Assembly: GCF_963921235.1 (NCBI RefSeq) | Contig: NC_086097.1 | Coordinates: 131,566,001-131,630,000 of the forward strand | Reading direction: 5' to 3' | DNA: 64,000 nt | Source: Mobula hypostoma | Lineage: Eukaryota | In this document: one piece after another, positions 34,386 to 46,760 of the stretch | How the letters are laid out: every line of letters starts with the position of its first letter | Position numbering within the stretch: the first letter of the stretch is position 1 | The notes under the pieces: model-generated | The model's database searches: none | Told to the model about the DNA's origin: nothing | The model's input: the letters and a program-made list of their open reading frames with translations, nothing else | Position numbers and translations under genes: made by a program

Positions 34386-34982
34386 TGTAAAGTGTTGTGC
34401 TGGTCACTACACCCCTGTGCGGTAAAGTTTTGTGCTGGTCACTATACCCCTGTGCCGTAAAGTGTTGTGCTGGTCACTACACTCCCGTGCCATAAAGTGT
34501 TGTGCTGACCACTACACCCCTGTGCTGTAAAGTTTTGTGCTGACCACTACATCGCTGTGCTGTAAAGTGTTGTGCTGGTCACTACACCCCTGTGCTATAA
34601 AGTTTTGTGCTGACCACTACATCGCTGTGCTGTAAAGTGTTGTGCTGGTCACTACACCCCTGTGCTATAAAGTGTTGTGCTGGTTACTCCACCCCTGTGC
34701 TGTAAAGCGTTGTGCTGGTCGCTACACTCCTGTGCCGTAAAGTGTTGTGCTGACCACTACACTCCTGTGCTGTAAAGCGTTGTGCTGGTCACCACACCCC
34801 TGTGCTGTAAAGTGTTGTGCTGGTCATTACACTCCTGTGCTGTAAAATGTTGTGCTGGTTACTCCACCCCTATGCTGTAAAGTGTTGTGCTGGTCACTAC
34901 ACCCCTGTGCTGTGAAGTGTTGTGCTGGTCACTACACTCCTGTGCTGTAAAGTGTTGTGCTGGTCGCTACCCCCCTGTGCTG
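34348..34982. repeat. 35-bp minisatellite, 18 units, consensus TGCTGTAAAGTGTTGTGCTGGTCACTACACCCCTG
   Basis: Direct tandem units in constant 35-bp phase (34348, 34383 ... 34943) with no spacers. Confidence 0.97.
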
Positions 34983-35469
34983 CTCGAAAGAATACGAACA
35001 AGATCTACAAGTACATTGCCAAGTCTTAAGGGATTGAGTTTTAGAGAGAGGTAGAGAAGGCTAAGACTTCATTCATTGGAGCATAGCAGAATGTTGGGTG
35101 ATCCTATAGAGGTGTATAAGATCATGAGGGGCATAGGTAGGGTGAATGCACACAGCCTTCTTCCCAACATTTAGAATCAAAAATTAGAGGGCTTAGGTTT
35201 AGAGTGAGAGGGAAGAGGTTTAGTAGGAATCTGAGGAACAAGCTTTTCACCCACAGGGGGCTTAGTATATGGAATGAGCCGCCTGAGAAAGTGGTTGAAA
35301 CAGGTACATTAACAACATTTAAATGACAACTGGACAGCTACTTGAATAGGATTCCTGGTCGGTATGGATCAGGCTGGGCCATGAGGCCTGTTTCTGTGCT
35401 GTAGGTCTCTATGACTCTATGATTCTAAAGGGAAAAAAAGTGTCATGCATGTGACAAGCATTGACCATG

Positions 35470-36450
35470 TCCAACAGGACTGTCCAACCACCTAAACCTA
35501 CCCTTGACACTCAGTGGTTCTCTCAATTCTCAGCATCCTGGAGGTTGCCTTTGACCAGACACTCAAATGAACTAGCCACATAAATATAAATAATATGTTG
35601 TCAAGAGCAGGTCAGTGGTTGTGTCTCCTGTGGCATGTAGCTCACGTCCTGGGACGGTGTCCTTCCATCTTCTGCTTGGCACAAGACAGGAGCATGAAAA
35701 AAACATTCTCGAGTTCAATGGACGACTGTAACTTCAAAAGCATGCACGGCACTCGACACCTTCAATGACAAAGCAATTTGTTTTATACATTCAAGCTCAC
35801 TACCAGCGTAGTACGTCACCCACAAAATGTTACACATCTAAGATACAGCCCTCCACCCTCCACCCTCCACCCTTTACCCCTCAAGGATTCATTCAAGATG
35901 GACAAAGGAAGATGTTTCTTGGCAACACCACCTGCAGAATCTCCTCCAAACTACATACCATCAGTCTTGGAAAGGTGTCATCTTCATTGTTGCTGAGTCA
36001 ACACAGCGTCGCTGTGGTGTTGCCACGGTAGCGTAGCGGTTAGTACGACACTATTACAACTCGGGGCATTGGAGATCGGATTTGAATTCCAGTGTCCTCC
36101 GAAAGAAAGCTTGTACATTCTTCCCTGTGGGTTTCCTTCCGCAGTCCGAGGACATGCTGGTCAGTAGCTTAGTTGGTCTTTGTAAGTTGTCCTGTGATTA
36201 GGCTGGGGGCTAAATTGGTGTTTGCTGGGCTGTTCAGCTCAGTAGGCTGGAAGGGCCAGTTCCATGCTGTATCTCTAAATAAAATAAAAATCTATAAAGC
36301 ATCCTGACACGCAGCAGCATTTGGGAGCACTTGCTGCATCAGGGTTGCAGTAGTTAATAAAGTGACTACCTGCCACCTTCTCAGAAGCAATTGGCAATGG
36401 GCGACAAATGCTGGCCTTGCTGGTGTCAGCCACATCCTGAAAATAAATGA
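35470..36450 (+). mobile_element. Ancient CR1/L2-group LINE 3' end with a nested V-SINE (about 36015-36290)
   Basis: Decayed ILEVAFDQTL..TSHIN..RAGQ; tail GGGCGACAAATGCTGGCCTTGC..CCACATCCTG. A related copy lies at about 50010-50935. Confidence 0.55.
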
Positions 36451-38292
36451 GTATAATAAATGAGAAAATAACTATAAATGAGTACTAGAAATTAACTAGA
36501 CAGTAGGAATTGATCTGAACTGTGAGAAGAAATTTGCTAATCCAATTCCCTCAAAGGAAGTGTATGACTGGGTCATCTTCTGGTCAGCCTCTTGTGAAGC
36601 CCCTTCACAAACTAAGCAGTTAACTTCAGCAATTGAAAATGGTTAAAGTTTTAAAGCATAAATTTCTGCAAATGACTTCTACTGAGCAATAAAATCAAAA
36701 CTCGATTCGTAATTTTTGTTATGTTTATGGCGCAGTCAAGCTTACAATACAGTTAGTCATTTGTAATGTTTATCACCACTGTCAAATCCATAATACAGCC
36801 CAGACAGTATGCAATATTGATCTGAGTAAATACACATTTCTTCGGACATATTTGTACAACAGCATATCTCTGTGATCCACTCTCAGGAATGGTAAGAGAC
36901 CATTCAGTCCTAGTTTGTTATGGCTGCTCAGTATCGTAACTCCTTAGTGACGTAATCCTTAAGATCTTTGGCTAACGTAAATCTGTTGTCTCCCTTCACA
37001 GCCTAGTCCAGCATGGGCACGGCCTTGTCTACAATTGGTAGTGTCTATTATCAAGAATTTTCTATAGATTAACTGTATCCTAACTAGTTGCACCATGACC
37101 TATAACAGCCATTCCAACACACAGGAATGCACGAGGCTGCAGAGGCTGGGGGACGTAGGGCAGTCCGTCATGGGCACAGTGCTCTCCACCATTGGCAGCA
37201 CCTAGAGGAGGTGCTGCCTCAGGAACTTAGTGTCTCTCAACAACCCTACCACCCAGGTCACGTCCTCTCTTTGCCACAACTGAAAGGGCAGGAGGCGCCG
37301 AAGCCTAAAATCCCACACTAACAGATTCAGGGAAAAATACTTTGCTCCAACATCAGGCTGACCTGCAAAACCCTAACCTGACCCCGTCAATAGAGCACTA
37401 TGGACTATTTCTTGCACAACTATGGACTTGTTTCTGATTTTTTGTTTGTGGTCATGCCTTGTTTTGCACAACCTTCCTCCTTCACTGTCTTGTACGATTT
37501 ATGTTCTGTGTGTAGCTCAATCTATGTGTCTGTCATGCTGCTGCAAGCGGATTTTTCATTGTACCTGTACCTCACTGCACCTGTGCACATGACAATAAAC
37601 TTGACTTGACTGGACTTCATTTAGCTCCTTAGGGACAAATGCCAAATTTGCTCTCTCTGTTGTATAAAGATGTGAATTCTGAGTGGTCTTGATTTAAATT
37701 TAGGGTGATAGCATCTTATTCTAGACAATGTAGATTCTTCCTGTTGAACTCTAATTATCTTAAGGGGAGAAGAATCTATGAATCTGCTGTCATAATAGAA
37801 TCCTTATTGTCTCACACATTCTGGTGAATGGGTGTTTCACAAAGCATTATTTAGAGATGATCAGAGAGATCCCCGCCGTTTCCCGAGCAACATTTATCCC
37901 TTTCCCAAAGTCACTAGAAGTGGACAATCTGGTCATTATTCTGTTACTGTTTAAGGTGCTTACTGTGTGGCGATTGCCTGCTTTGTTTACAGTTGTGAGA
38001 GCATTTCAAACGTGTGTCATGAGGACATTCCAAAAGATAAAATGGAAGAACAAAACAGCGCTCCAGAAGGCTTGTGGCCACAAAAATTTAGTGAGGTCAC
38101 AGGAATAATGTGGGTAATGACTCTGAGACATAGATCAGGAACAGATAACTTTGTGTATTTTCTCCTTCTAAAGGTGGCACCTCTAGCCTAGCAGCACTGG
38201 TACTGTGCATGGAGTATCATTCTGGATCTTCGAAAAGTCATCAAGTCAAGAAGAGTCCATTGTCTTTTCCCCTGGCATTAAATACTAGAGGA

Positions 38293-38516
38293 ACACACAT
38301 AAAAGTTGCTGGTGAACGCAGCAGGCCAGGCAGCATCTAGAGGAAGAGGTACAGTCGACGTTTCAGGCCGAGACCCTTCGTCAGAACTAGGTCTCGGCCC
38401 GAAACGTCGACTGTACCTCTTCCTTGAGATGCTGCCGGGCCTGCTGCGTTCACCAGCAACTTCTATGTGTGTTGCTTGAAATTCCAGCAACTGCAGATAT
38501 GCTCGTGTTTGCGTTT
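38293..38516. mobile_element. Fold-back PLE-derived mini-element (224 bp) with a 15-bp TSD
   Basis: Inverted arms of about 80 bp around 38375-38390; TTAAATACTAGAGGA at 38278-38292 and 38517-38531. Confidence 0.9.
38352..38389 (-). ncRNA. Minimal type I hammerhead ribozyme motif (intact core, GUC site)
   Basis: UAGUU-CUGACGA-A-GGGU(CUCG)GCCU-GAAAC-GUC^-GACUG. Confidence 0.75.
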
Positions 38517-40289
38517 TTAAATACTAGAGGACGTATCTTTACAGTGGGGGCGGGGGGGAGAAGTTTAAAGATTTATGAAGCATATTTTTTACGCAGAATG
38601 CTAGGTGCCAAAGGAACAGGGTGGAAGCAGATACGATGGTAATGTTTAAGAGCCATTCAGACAGGCACATGAACATGTGGAAAATGGAGGGTTATCAACC
38701 ATGTGTAGGTAGATGGTATCAGTTTAAATTGGGATCATGGTCAGTCCGATATCATGTGCTATATTTTTCTATGTTCTATGTGTAAAATCTGTGTCTTTTA
38801 CAAAGCGAACTCTTAGATATTTGAGTACAAAAATCTGTGCTGTTACTCCAGTGGAGAGCTGAGCTGATGGCCTGCTGGACTGTCAGAAGTGCTGTCTTTC
38901 AAAAGAGACACTGAATTGAGATCACTTCAGCTCTTGGTGAATTAAAAGTCTCACATGGCCAGCTTCATTTTAGGTGTTCACCCTTAAGTCTCCAGAATAA
39001 AAGACTTGCATTTTTTCTGTCATGCCTTGCACAACCGCTAGTTGCGTTGATGAACCTGGGAACCGATAGATGATCAGAGTTTGTGAGTTTAGTGTCACTC
39101 CATAGACTTCAACATCGCTGTTTGTGGAATCTTGCTGTGCTAACATTTACTGCAGTGCAGCAAGATCACAAAATTACTTGATTGCCTGCAAAATCTTTGT
39201 GATATAACAAGTCACAGAGGATGCTGTAGAGACGTAATCCTTTCATTTTTACTTCACTGCTGATGCACCTACTATCTTCTCTCAGCTGCCTACAGAGTAC
39301 ATTGACTGTTATCTAAAATGGCCACGAGGTTCCATTCTCAGGTCACATTTACTCCCTGGCTGAATACAATGGCCAAGTAGCAGCTTTAAACAGCACTCCA
39401 AGGAATATACATTAACCCCCTCCAATACGTCACCTGAAGAAAGCCATTGACTGCTGAAGCATTATTAATTTTTGAACCCTTTGCAAAGTCATTTTAAACT
39501 CCAGTATCTTGGATTAAAAGTGCACAGTAAATCATTTCAATGAGCCTTGGGCACAATTCGGACATTTAATTTATTTTTTTAACGTATCAAAGCAAAACTT
39601 TAAACGTAAACATTAATACCCAGCGGGAAAAAATGTAGCGATGAATTAATGTAAAAATCACAAAGATTTGGAGCTTCAGTATTCTTCTGGCTTCTCGCGT
39701 TATTGTTGTGCTGCTGAAGGCTTATAGATTTTTACTCTCCTCAATCGTTGGTCTGAGAAAGGTCATTAAGGGCAGAGCTGCAATACAGAATGATATAAGC
39801 AGTCATCTGCAGACCACAGCAAATCAATCATAATTAACACTCTCAGCTACTTCCTGGATATAAAACCTCTGGAGTAAAAGGCAAATGCAAGGGATCAGTG
39901 GACACAGTGCAGAAACAGAGCAAACAGGTTTTACAGCAACTGATCTGTGCTGGGTCACCCCTAGCCCACAATTGCTTCTTACATTTAACTCCTATGCTGA
40001 AAAAAAATCATTAAAACAAAGCTATGGAAGAGATGATTAAGCTTTGCAAAGAAACAGATTCTTCAGAGGCAGCAAACTTATTGGTCCCGAATAATTTATT
40101 TTGTCAAAAATATTTGTGAAATTCTCTCTGGTTCCTCTCACCAGGAATTTTTTATTGATCAAGATCAAAGGGCAGTTACTGGTGAATGGTGCCAATTAAG
40201 CACAGATAACACTGATAAAGTAAAGATGAATGATTTAATTGGCTTACATCTTGACTGCAGTCATCCAAACATCTATCATAGGCTATTAA

Positions 40290-41112
40290 TACCCAGTAAA
40301 TGCACTTGGAATATCATGGCCAATGCTGGGGATCATCTCTCAGGAAAGATGCACTGGCCATCAAGAGAGTCCTGAGGAGGTTCACAAAAATGAACGCAAG
40401 AATGAAAAGCTTAACCTGTGAGGAGACTTGATGTCTCTTGGCCTGTACTCAATGAAGTTAAGAAATTTGAGGGAGGGTGGGTCTCATTGAAACGTTTTAG
40501 ATATTGAAAGCACTTGTAGAGTGGACGTGGAGAGGATGTTTTTGTTAGTAGGAGAGTCTAAGATGCAAGGGGACAATAATAGAAAAATGTGGCAAATCAT
40601 GGACATGAGATATCCCGCAGATGCTGGAAATCCAAAGCAAAGAACACAAGATGCTGGAGGAACTCAGTAGGTCAGGCAGCATCCATGGAAGTGAATAAAC
40701 AGTTGATGTTTCAAGCTGAGACCCTTCTTCAGAACTGGAAAGGAAGGGGTAAAATGCCAGAACAAAAAGGTGGAGGGAGCAGAAGGAGGATAGCTAGAAA
40801 GTGATAGGTGAAACCAAGTGGGCAGGAAAGAAAAAGGGATGGAGAGGAAGGAATCTCTCCAGCCTAAAGTGGCATCACTTTAGAACTGAGATTAAGAGGT
40901 ATCTCCTCAGCAGTGTGGTGAATCTGTGGAATTTGTTGCCACAGAAGAATATGGAGGCCAAGACATTGAATGATGCAGAAGTGACAGGTTCTTGGCCAGT
41001 AAATGGTTAAAGGCTACAGAGAGAAGGCTGGAGAACGGAGTTAAGAAAAAAGTCAGCAGTGATTGAAAGGCAAATAGACTCAAGGGGCCAAATTCCCTAA
41101 TATTTCCGATCA
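40290..41112 (+). mobile_element. Old CR1 3' fragment with a nested minus-strand PLE repeat (about 40600-40860)
   Basis: LRKDALAIKRVLRRFTKM..FRTEIKRYLLSSVVNLWNLLPQ. Confidence 0.7.
40700..40737 (-). ncRNA. Minimal hammerhead motif (AUC site)
   Basis: CAGUU-CUGAAGA-A-GGGU(CUCA)GCUU-GAAAC-AUC^-AACUG, with a perfect helix I. Confidence 0.6.
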
Positions 41113-41589
41113 TTTTTGGGTGGAATTTTTGGTGATCTAATCATATTGAGGTGAGAGCAGCACAAAAGGAACCCCCCAATTTCAACTTCACCCCGAAACC
41201 AAAAGCCACACCCCAAACCTCAGAGTACAGACTCTCTTGTGGCATTCCCATACTGAGCTGGAATATAGGAGCACTTCCACCAAAGTGCCAAGTCCACACA
41301 GAGAATAAGCACTCCTTTTCACATCTGCATCCTATGTTAATCAAAGAGTGTTTTGGGGAAGGTTATAAAGTCACTAGAAGTTGAGACAAAGAAGGACACC
41401 ATTTGACCCATTGATTCATTTGTTAGTTGATCAAGAGATACCTGGTCTAACCCTTTCTTTCAGCATCAGGTCTGTAGATTTTGGGGTTGTACCCCACCAC
41501 TTCTAATTCCTTTGATTTGTTGCACCTCCTCTAATGCATTGCCTCACAATTCTCTGGTTTAACTTGAACTCCCCCAGAAATCGTCACTT

Positions 41590-42040
41590 TTTGCAACTGC
41601 AGATGCTGGGAATCTAGAAAAGAATACAAAAAATACTGGAAGAAATAAGGAGATCAAGCAGCATCTATGGAGAGAGTGACCATGTTTTGATCTGAAGCTC
41701 ATCATCAGGACTTGAAGGAAAGAGGGGAGATGCCAGTATAAAAGGTTGGGGGTGGTTTTGAGGGGAAGGGAAGGAGCTGGTGGATGATATGTGAATCCAG
41801 GTAGAGGAGGAAGTTGGTAAGGTGGGGGTGGGGGATGGGGGAACTGGAAATGATGTGAGATGCTGGGGGATGATAGGTGGAAGTGGTAAAGGGATAAACA
41901 AGATGGATTTATATTAGAGAGGACAGTATACCATGGAATAAAGCAAAGAAGGTAGGGAACAAGAGAGAGAAAGGTGTAGGTGATGGATAGATCATGAGGG
42001 CAGGAAGCTGAAATGGAAGGAACGAAGGGACCAGGGTTAC
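41590..42040 (-). mobile_element. PLE 3' non-coding repeat, decayed
   Basis: CTGCAGATGCTGG..CAGCATCTATGG and a purine-rich tract, as in the other copies. Confidence 0.7.
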
Positions 42041-42094
42041 TAAATCTGTCTGAATAGTTGCTTTCACACATAAAATTTAGGAGCTATTGAAACT

Positions 42095-42390
42095 GAAAGA
42101 CTTGCATTTCCAAAGCAGATTTCCTTATCCCAGGAAGCTTCCAAATGATTTAAAAGCCAATAAAGTACTTCTGATGGTAACTCTTAGTTGTAATATTAGC
42201 AACATGTGCACAGGAATGTCCCAGAATATCATTGAGACAATTAACAGGTAATCTACCTATGGTAATCCTGAGTGACAAATGTTGGTAGAAATCAGTGAAA
42301 AATTGTCTCAAAATGGTGCAACATTATTTTACTGTCATCAGAGAGAAAAGTAATATCCTCAGTTTAATGCCACATAAGAAAGGCATCACC
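42095..42390 (-). mobile_element. Deu-domain SINE remnant
   Basis: GAAAGACTTGCATTT..AGCCAATAAAGTACTT..TGTGCACAGGAATGTCCCA is the reverse complement of the Deu domain and tail. Confidence 0.65.
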
Positions 42391-42409
42391 TCCAGTTGTG
42401 CAGTTCTCT

Positions 42410-45400
42410 TTCAGGAACAGTTACTACCCCTCAACCAAACCCCATTTTTGAAATGTTTCCACAACCAATGGACTTACCTTCAAGGACTCTTCAACTCATG
42501 TTCTCAATATTTACTGCTTATTTATTCATTATTATTATTTCTTCTTTTTGTATTTGCTAAGTTTGTTGTCTTCTGCACTCTGGTTGAGCACCCTAGTTGG
42601 GTAGTCTTTCATTGATTCTGTTATGGTTATTATTCTATAGATTTATTGAGTATGCCCAAAAGAAAATGAATCTTTGGGTTGTATATGATAGCTGATAGGT
42701 ACTTTGATACTAAATTTACATTGACCTTTGAACCTTAATATAAGGTGCAGTTTCTTTATTCCGTGTACTTAGCGCTGCTGAACAGGCAACTTGTTATCAC
42801 ATTGCTGTATGTGATTGACCATGACATGTCCTAAATCCTCAGACAGGTCCTACATGTGCAGTGGCTCTAATTCATTAGGAGTTTGAGGAGATTTGGCATG
42901 TCATCAAAGACACATGCTAATTTCTGTAGACAGCATTCTGATTGGTGGTATGGACCTTCCAATGTGCAAGGTCAGAAAAGGCTACAAAGAGTTATCGACC
43001 CAGCCTACCATCAAGGACATCTACAAGACGTAGTGCCTCAAAAAGGCAATATCCGTCATTAAAGACCCTCACCATCAGGGTCATGCCAAAGTCATATTTT
43101 TACTGTCAGAGATGAGGTAGAGGAGCTTTAAGACCCATACTCCATGCTTCAGGAACACCATCTCCCCCTCTCCCACTAAATGTCTGAATTGGCCATGAAG
43201 CCATGAACACTACTTTATTATTCATCTTTTGCACTATTTTCTATGTCCCTTATGGTAATTTTTATGACTTGCACTCTACTACTGCTGCAAAATAACAAAT
43301 TTCCCCAACATGTCAGTGATAATAAACCTGAATTCAGATCCTAAATGCATGTTAGAATACTCTTGGATTACTATAAAGCACTGCGGTCTGAGATATTTCC
43401 AGTCAATGCACATATAATGCTATTTCGACATATAGTGCTAGCAAATATGATGCACCAGATTTGTTTGATCTTGATGTTCCACTGCATTTTGCCGTTAACA
43501 TTATCATGCCATCTCTTCACGTCTGCAATTGGGCAGCCAGCACAGAAGCCTGAAGTATCACAACACCAGGCTTAAATACAGCTACTTTTCTTCAGCCATT
43601 TGTTTCTTGAACCAACCAGCAAAACCCTAATCACTTCAGCACAGCAACACTATGAAAACATTGATCACTTTGCATTAAAATGGACCTTTTTCTTGGTGCT
43701 AATTGTGTTTTCTTGTAAAAATTGTGTATCATTTATTTTTCCTGTGACTGCTGCTACGGCAGCTGGTGAATCTCAGCAACTTCTGTCTGGTGGTCGATGA
43801 AACAGGGAAAACAACTAAATACTTTGTTAATCACTCTTTTTTTCTGGCAAACGACCATCACAAGCAATAGTCTGTAGCTTCACTTTGGACTTAGAGGCAA
43901 TTTGATGAGGCAGAACTGAGGGGAGGCGAGAAAGTGGGCCTGTTGCCAAGGGAGAGGAAGACCCAAGGTTTGATCGATTTAACCACTGGGCCGAACCAGA
44001 ATGGTCGGGTATAGGCAGAATCGGAGCGACGGGATCCAGGTTCCAGAGTGTATCGAAGAGGCTGAACCCAGTGTTTGGACGGTAATTTAGGTAGTGAGCC
44101 AGATTGAAAAGGTCAGGGTGTTGTGACTGGAGGTGAAGGATGGGCTGGTTCAGCTTGCTGCTCTGCTCTGTATTGATCTAATGGTCTGTTGGTGGTCTCT
44201 CAGTGGACTTCAGTTCAGAATGCTATTGGCTTGCATTAATTGTTTGCATGATTTTTTTTTCCTCTCTGCACATTGGGTGTCTGACAGTCTTTTTTATGGT
44301 TTTACTGGGTTTCTTTGTTTTGTGGCTGCCTTTTAGGTGATGAAGCTCAAGATTGTATAATGTATGCATACTTTAATAATAAATGTAATAACTGTACTTT
44401 GAACCTTTGAACTTATGTACCTGTGATTCTGCTGTAGCAAGTTTTTCATAGCACCTATGCAATACGTACTTGGAATTTTGATGTGCTGCGAAGTTACATT
44501 ATTGTAGTCACTTTGATTAAAAGGGAGATGGTTTTCAAAGTGTGAATATTTCTTACACAGCGAATGAAGACCTACCCTGGGAGAGTTTGCACATCCTCCC
44601 ATCACCTCGTCCTAATTAGTCAGTCTACTGTACGTTAGAACCTTATAAATTAATTGTCAAATGTTATGTATAAATGACAACTAATGATGCACCAACCTTA
44701 AATAATTAGAAAAACATGACTTGTGACAAAAATATTGATTTGAGTTTTCTGTAATATATACACTTGAAAGTTGACAACACGTTCATGTGATATAGCTGAT
44801 ATATAGGAGCCGAATTCATCCATTTACCATTGAGTCTGCTCCAGAATCGTGGCTGATTCTCCCACCTTCTCCTGTAACCCTTAACCCTTTTTAGGAATAA
44901 AATATATATTGGAATATAAAAGACAAAGTTGTATCACAGGACAACACATTAATGGCAGTTACCCAATCTTTTCCAGATGCCATCTCCTTGATTGGACTGA
45001 AGGACCAATGAAAGAACAAGACTGATTTCTCAAAGCCTTGAGGAATAGCAGTTAAGTTACTGGGCTGGCATTCAGAAGCCTAAGCTATAGTGTGAGTTTG
45101 AATCCCCATCATGGCACAAGAGGAATTTAAATGGAAGTAATTAAATAAGTACAAAGTTAAAATGATGGCATTAGTAATGGTCCACACAAAAAATGAGTGG
45201 GTTGTTGTGAAGGTTGGCCTGCCTCACTAATTCCCTTCAGGAAAGGAAATTCGTTGCCATTATTCAGCTTAAAGAAGTGGTTTTAGGCCCACACAACATA
45301 GTTGTGTCTTACTTGTCTCCTAATTCTGAGGCATTTAGGGATAGACAAAAGGTTTTGGCATTGCCAGTAATGTCCATAGTCAATGAACAAAAGAGTAAAA

Positions 45401-46380
45401 GCTGTCTTGGCTTGGTAGCACTGAACATGTCCCCAGTTATAACTCAGCTCCACATCTATTGAAGCTAATGGAGCAAAACCAAGTTGAGGTTATTGTCATA
45501 TGCACAAGTACGGTGAGGTACAGGTACAGTGAAAAACTTGCAAAGGTCAAAGGTCCAATTTAATGTCAGAGAAATGTATATATTATACATCCTGAGATGC
45601 TTTTTCTTTGCACACTCACATCACCTCCACCTAATTCAGACAATACACAGAACATAAGTTATATGTAATTTATACAGGATAGTGAAGAAAACAAGACATT
45701 AATACAAAAAGCACATTAGAAACAACTTTACGCAAGTGCAAGAGGAGGTTGGTAGTATTCCATTGCTGAGGTAGGGTTAGATTTGTGTAGGTCAGTCCAA
45801 GAACCTGATGGTTAGAGCAACGAATTGTATTCCTGAACCGGTTGGTGTGGGACTTCAGGGCTCTAAACCTCCTGCCCTTTTGGTAGTGCTGGGGATCCTT
45901 GCTGAGAGATGCCACCTCCTTGACACAGCACCTCCTATAGATGCTGCCAATGGTGGAGAGGGCTGCATCCATGATGGACTTGCCTACATCCTCTATACTC
46001 TCCAGCCTCTTGCATTCCAATGAGTTGGACTTGCCATAATGGGTCATAGTCCCCTCTGCCATCCAATTTCTAAATAGACATTGAACCCATCAACACTACT
46101 TCACTGGTTTTTATTTCTGTTTTTTTTACACAACTTATTTCAACTTAACAATTTAATGGACATATGTATAGTTACTGTAATTCAGTTCTTTCCCTCTTCA
46201 TTTATTATATATTTCATTGTACTGCTGCCATAACATTAATGAATTTCATGACATATGCTGATGATATTAAACCTGATTCTGATGCAACCACCCAGGATCC
46301 TTTGTATGGACATTTGTTGAAGTATTTGGTGACATGCTGAATCTCCTTAATCTTCGAAGAGACTAAAGGTATGGAAGCTA
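42410..46380. mobile_element. Cluster of decayed Rex1/Babar-type 3' fragments in both orientations, plus an old tRNA-SINE at about 45070-45400
   Basis: Repeated FIRSLRRFGMS and FRNSYFP-like segments, with AATAAACCTGA and TTTGAAC tails. Confidence 0.6.
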
Positions 46381-46597
46381 CACAGTGACTGCATTTAGCA
46401 TGATTTTAGGAGCAGTACTGAGGACAAATTCTTCTGCTGATATTTACCAAGGTTTTGAGGTTCATAATTCTGACAATTTGTTTGCCTCCGGATCTGGCCT
46501 TCCAGAACAGTGCGCCTCTCGCAACAAAACTTTTCCAATTTTAGAAACACTTCTAAATTTGCGCCATCTCCACCAAATCAGGAAGAAATAAAAGTAG

Positions 46598-46760
46598 CAA
46601 CACACACAAAAAAATGCTGGTGAACGCCTGAGGAAGGGTCTCGACCCGAAACGTCGACTGTACTTCTTCCTATAGATGCTGCCTGGCCTGCTGCGTTCAC
46701 CAGCATTTTTTGTATCTGTTGCTTGAATTTCCAGTATCTGCAGATTTCCTCATGTTTGCG
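46598..46760. mobile_element. Asymmetric fold-back PLE-derived mini-element (163 bp) with a 14-bp TSD
   Basis: A 30-bp inverted arm, then the core CTGAGGA-A-GGGT(CTCG)ACCC-GAAAC-GTC-GACTG (46628-46660); AGAAATA(A/G)AAGTAG at 46584-46597 and 46761-46774. Confidence 0.85.

Larger units (their letters stand above)
33968..35427 (+). mobile_element. Old CR1 3' fragment split by a SINE and a minisatellite
   Basis: LVRPHLENCVPIWSLCYGKDII at 33970-34048 resumes at about 34985 and ends in a CTATGACTCTATGA tail. Confidence 0.75.
37795..39245 (+). mobile_element. Deu-domain SINE (AmnSINE1/SacSINE1-like) remnants at about 37795-38030 and 38810-39245
   Basis: GCAACATTTATCCCT..ATCTGGTCATTATT..TGTTT; GTCAGAAGTGCTGTCTTTC; GCTGTTTGTGGAATCTTGCTGTGC. 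Confidence 0.6.

Noticed and set aside
34348..34982. CRISPR-like regular array
   Set aside because: The units are contiguous with no unique spacers, there are no cas genes, and the context is vertebrate; it is a minisatellite.
41559..42071. 170-aa Pro/Ser-rich ORF and similar ORFs at 2363-2686, 3529-3885 and 61985-62371
   Set aside because: These are low-complexity pyrimidine-rich PLE 3' non-coding tracts that lack stops by composition.
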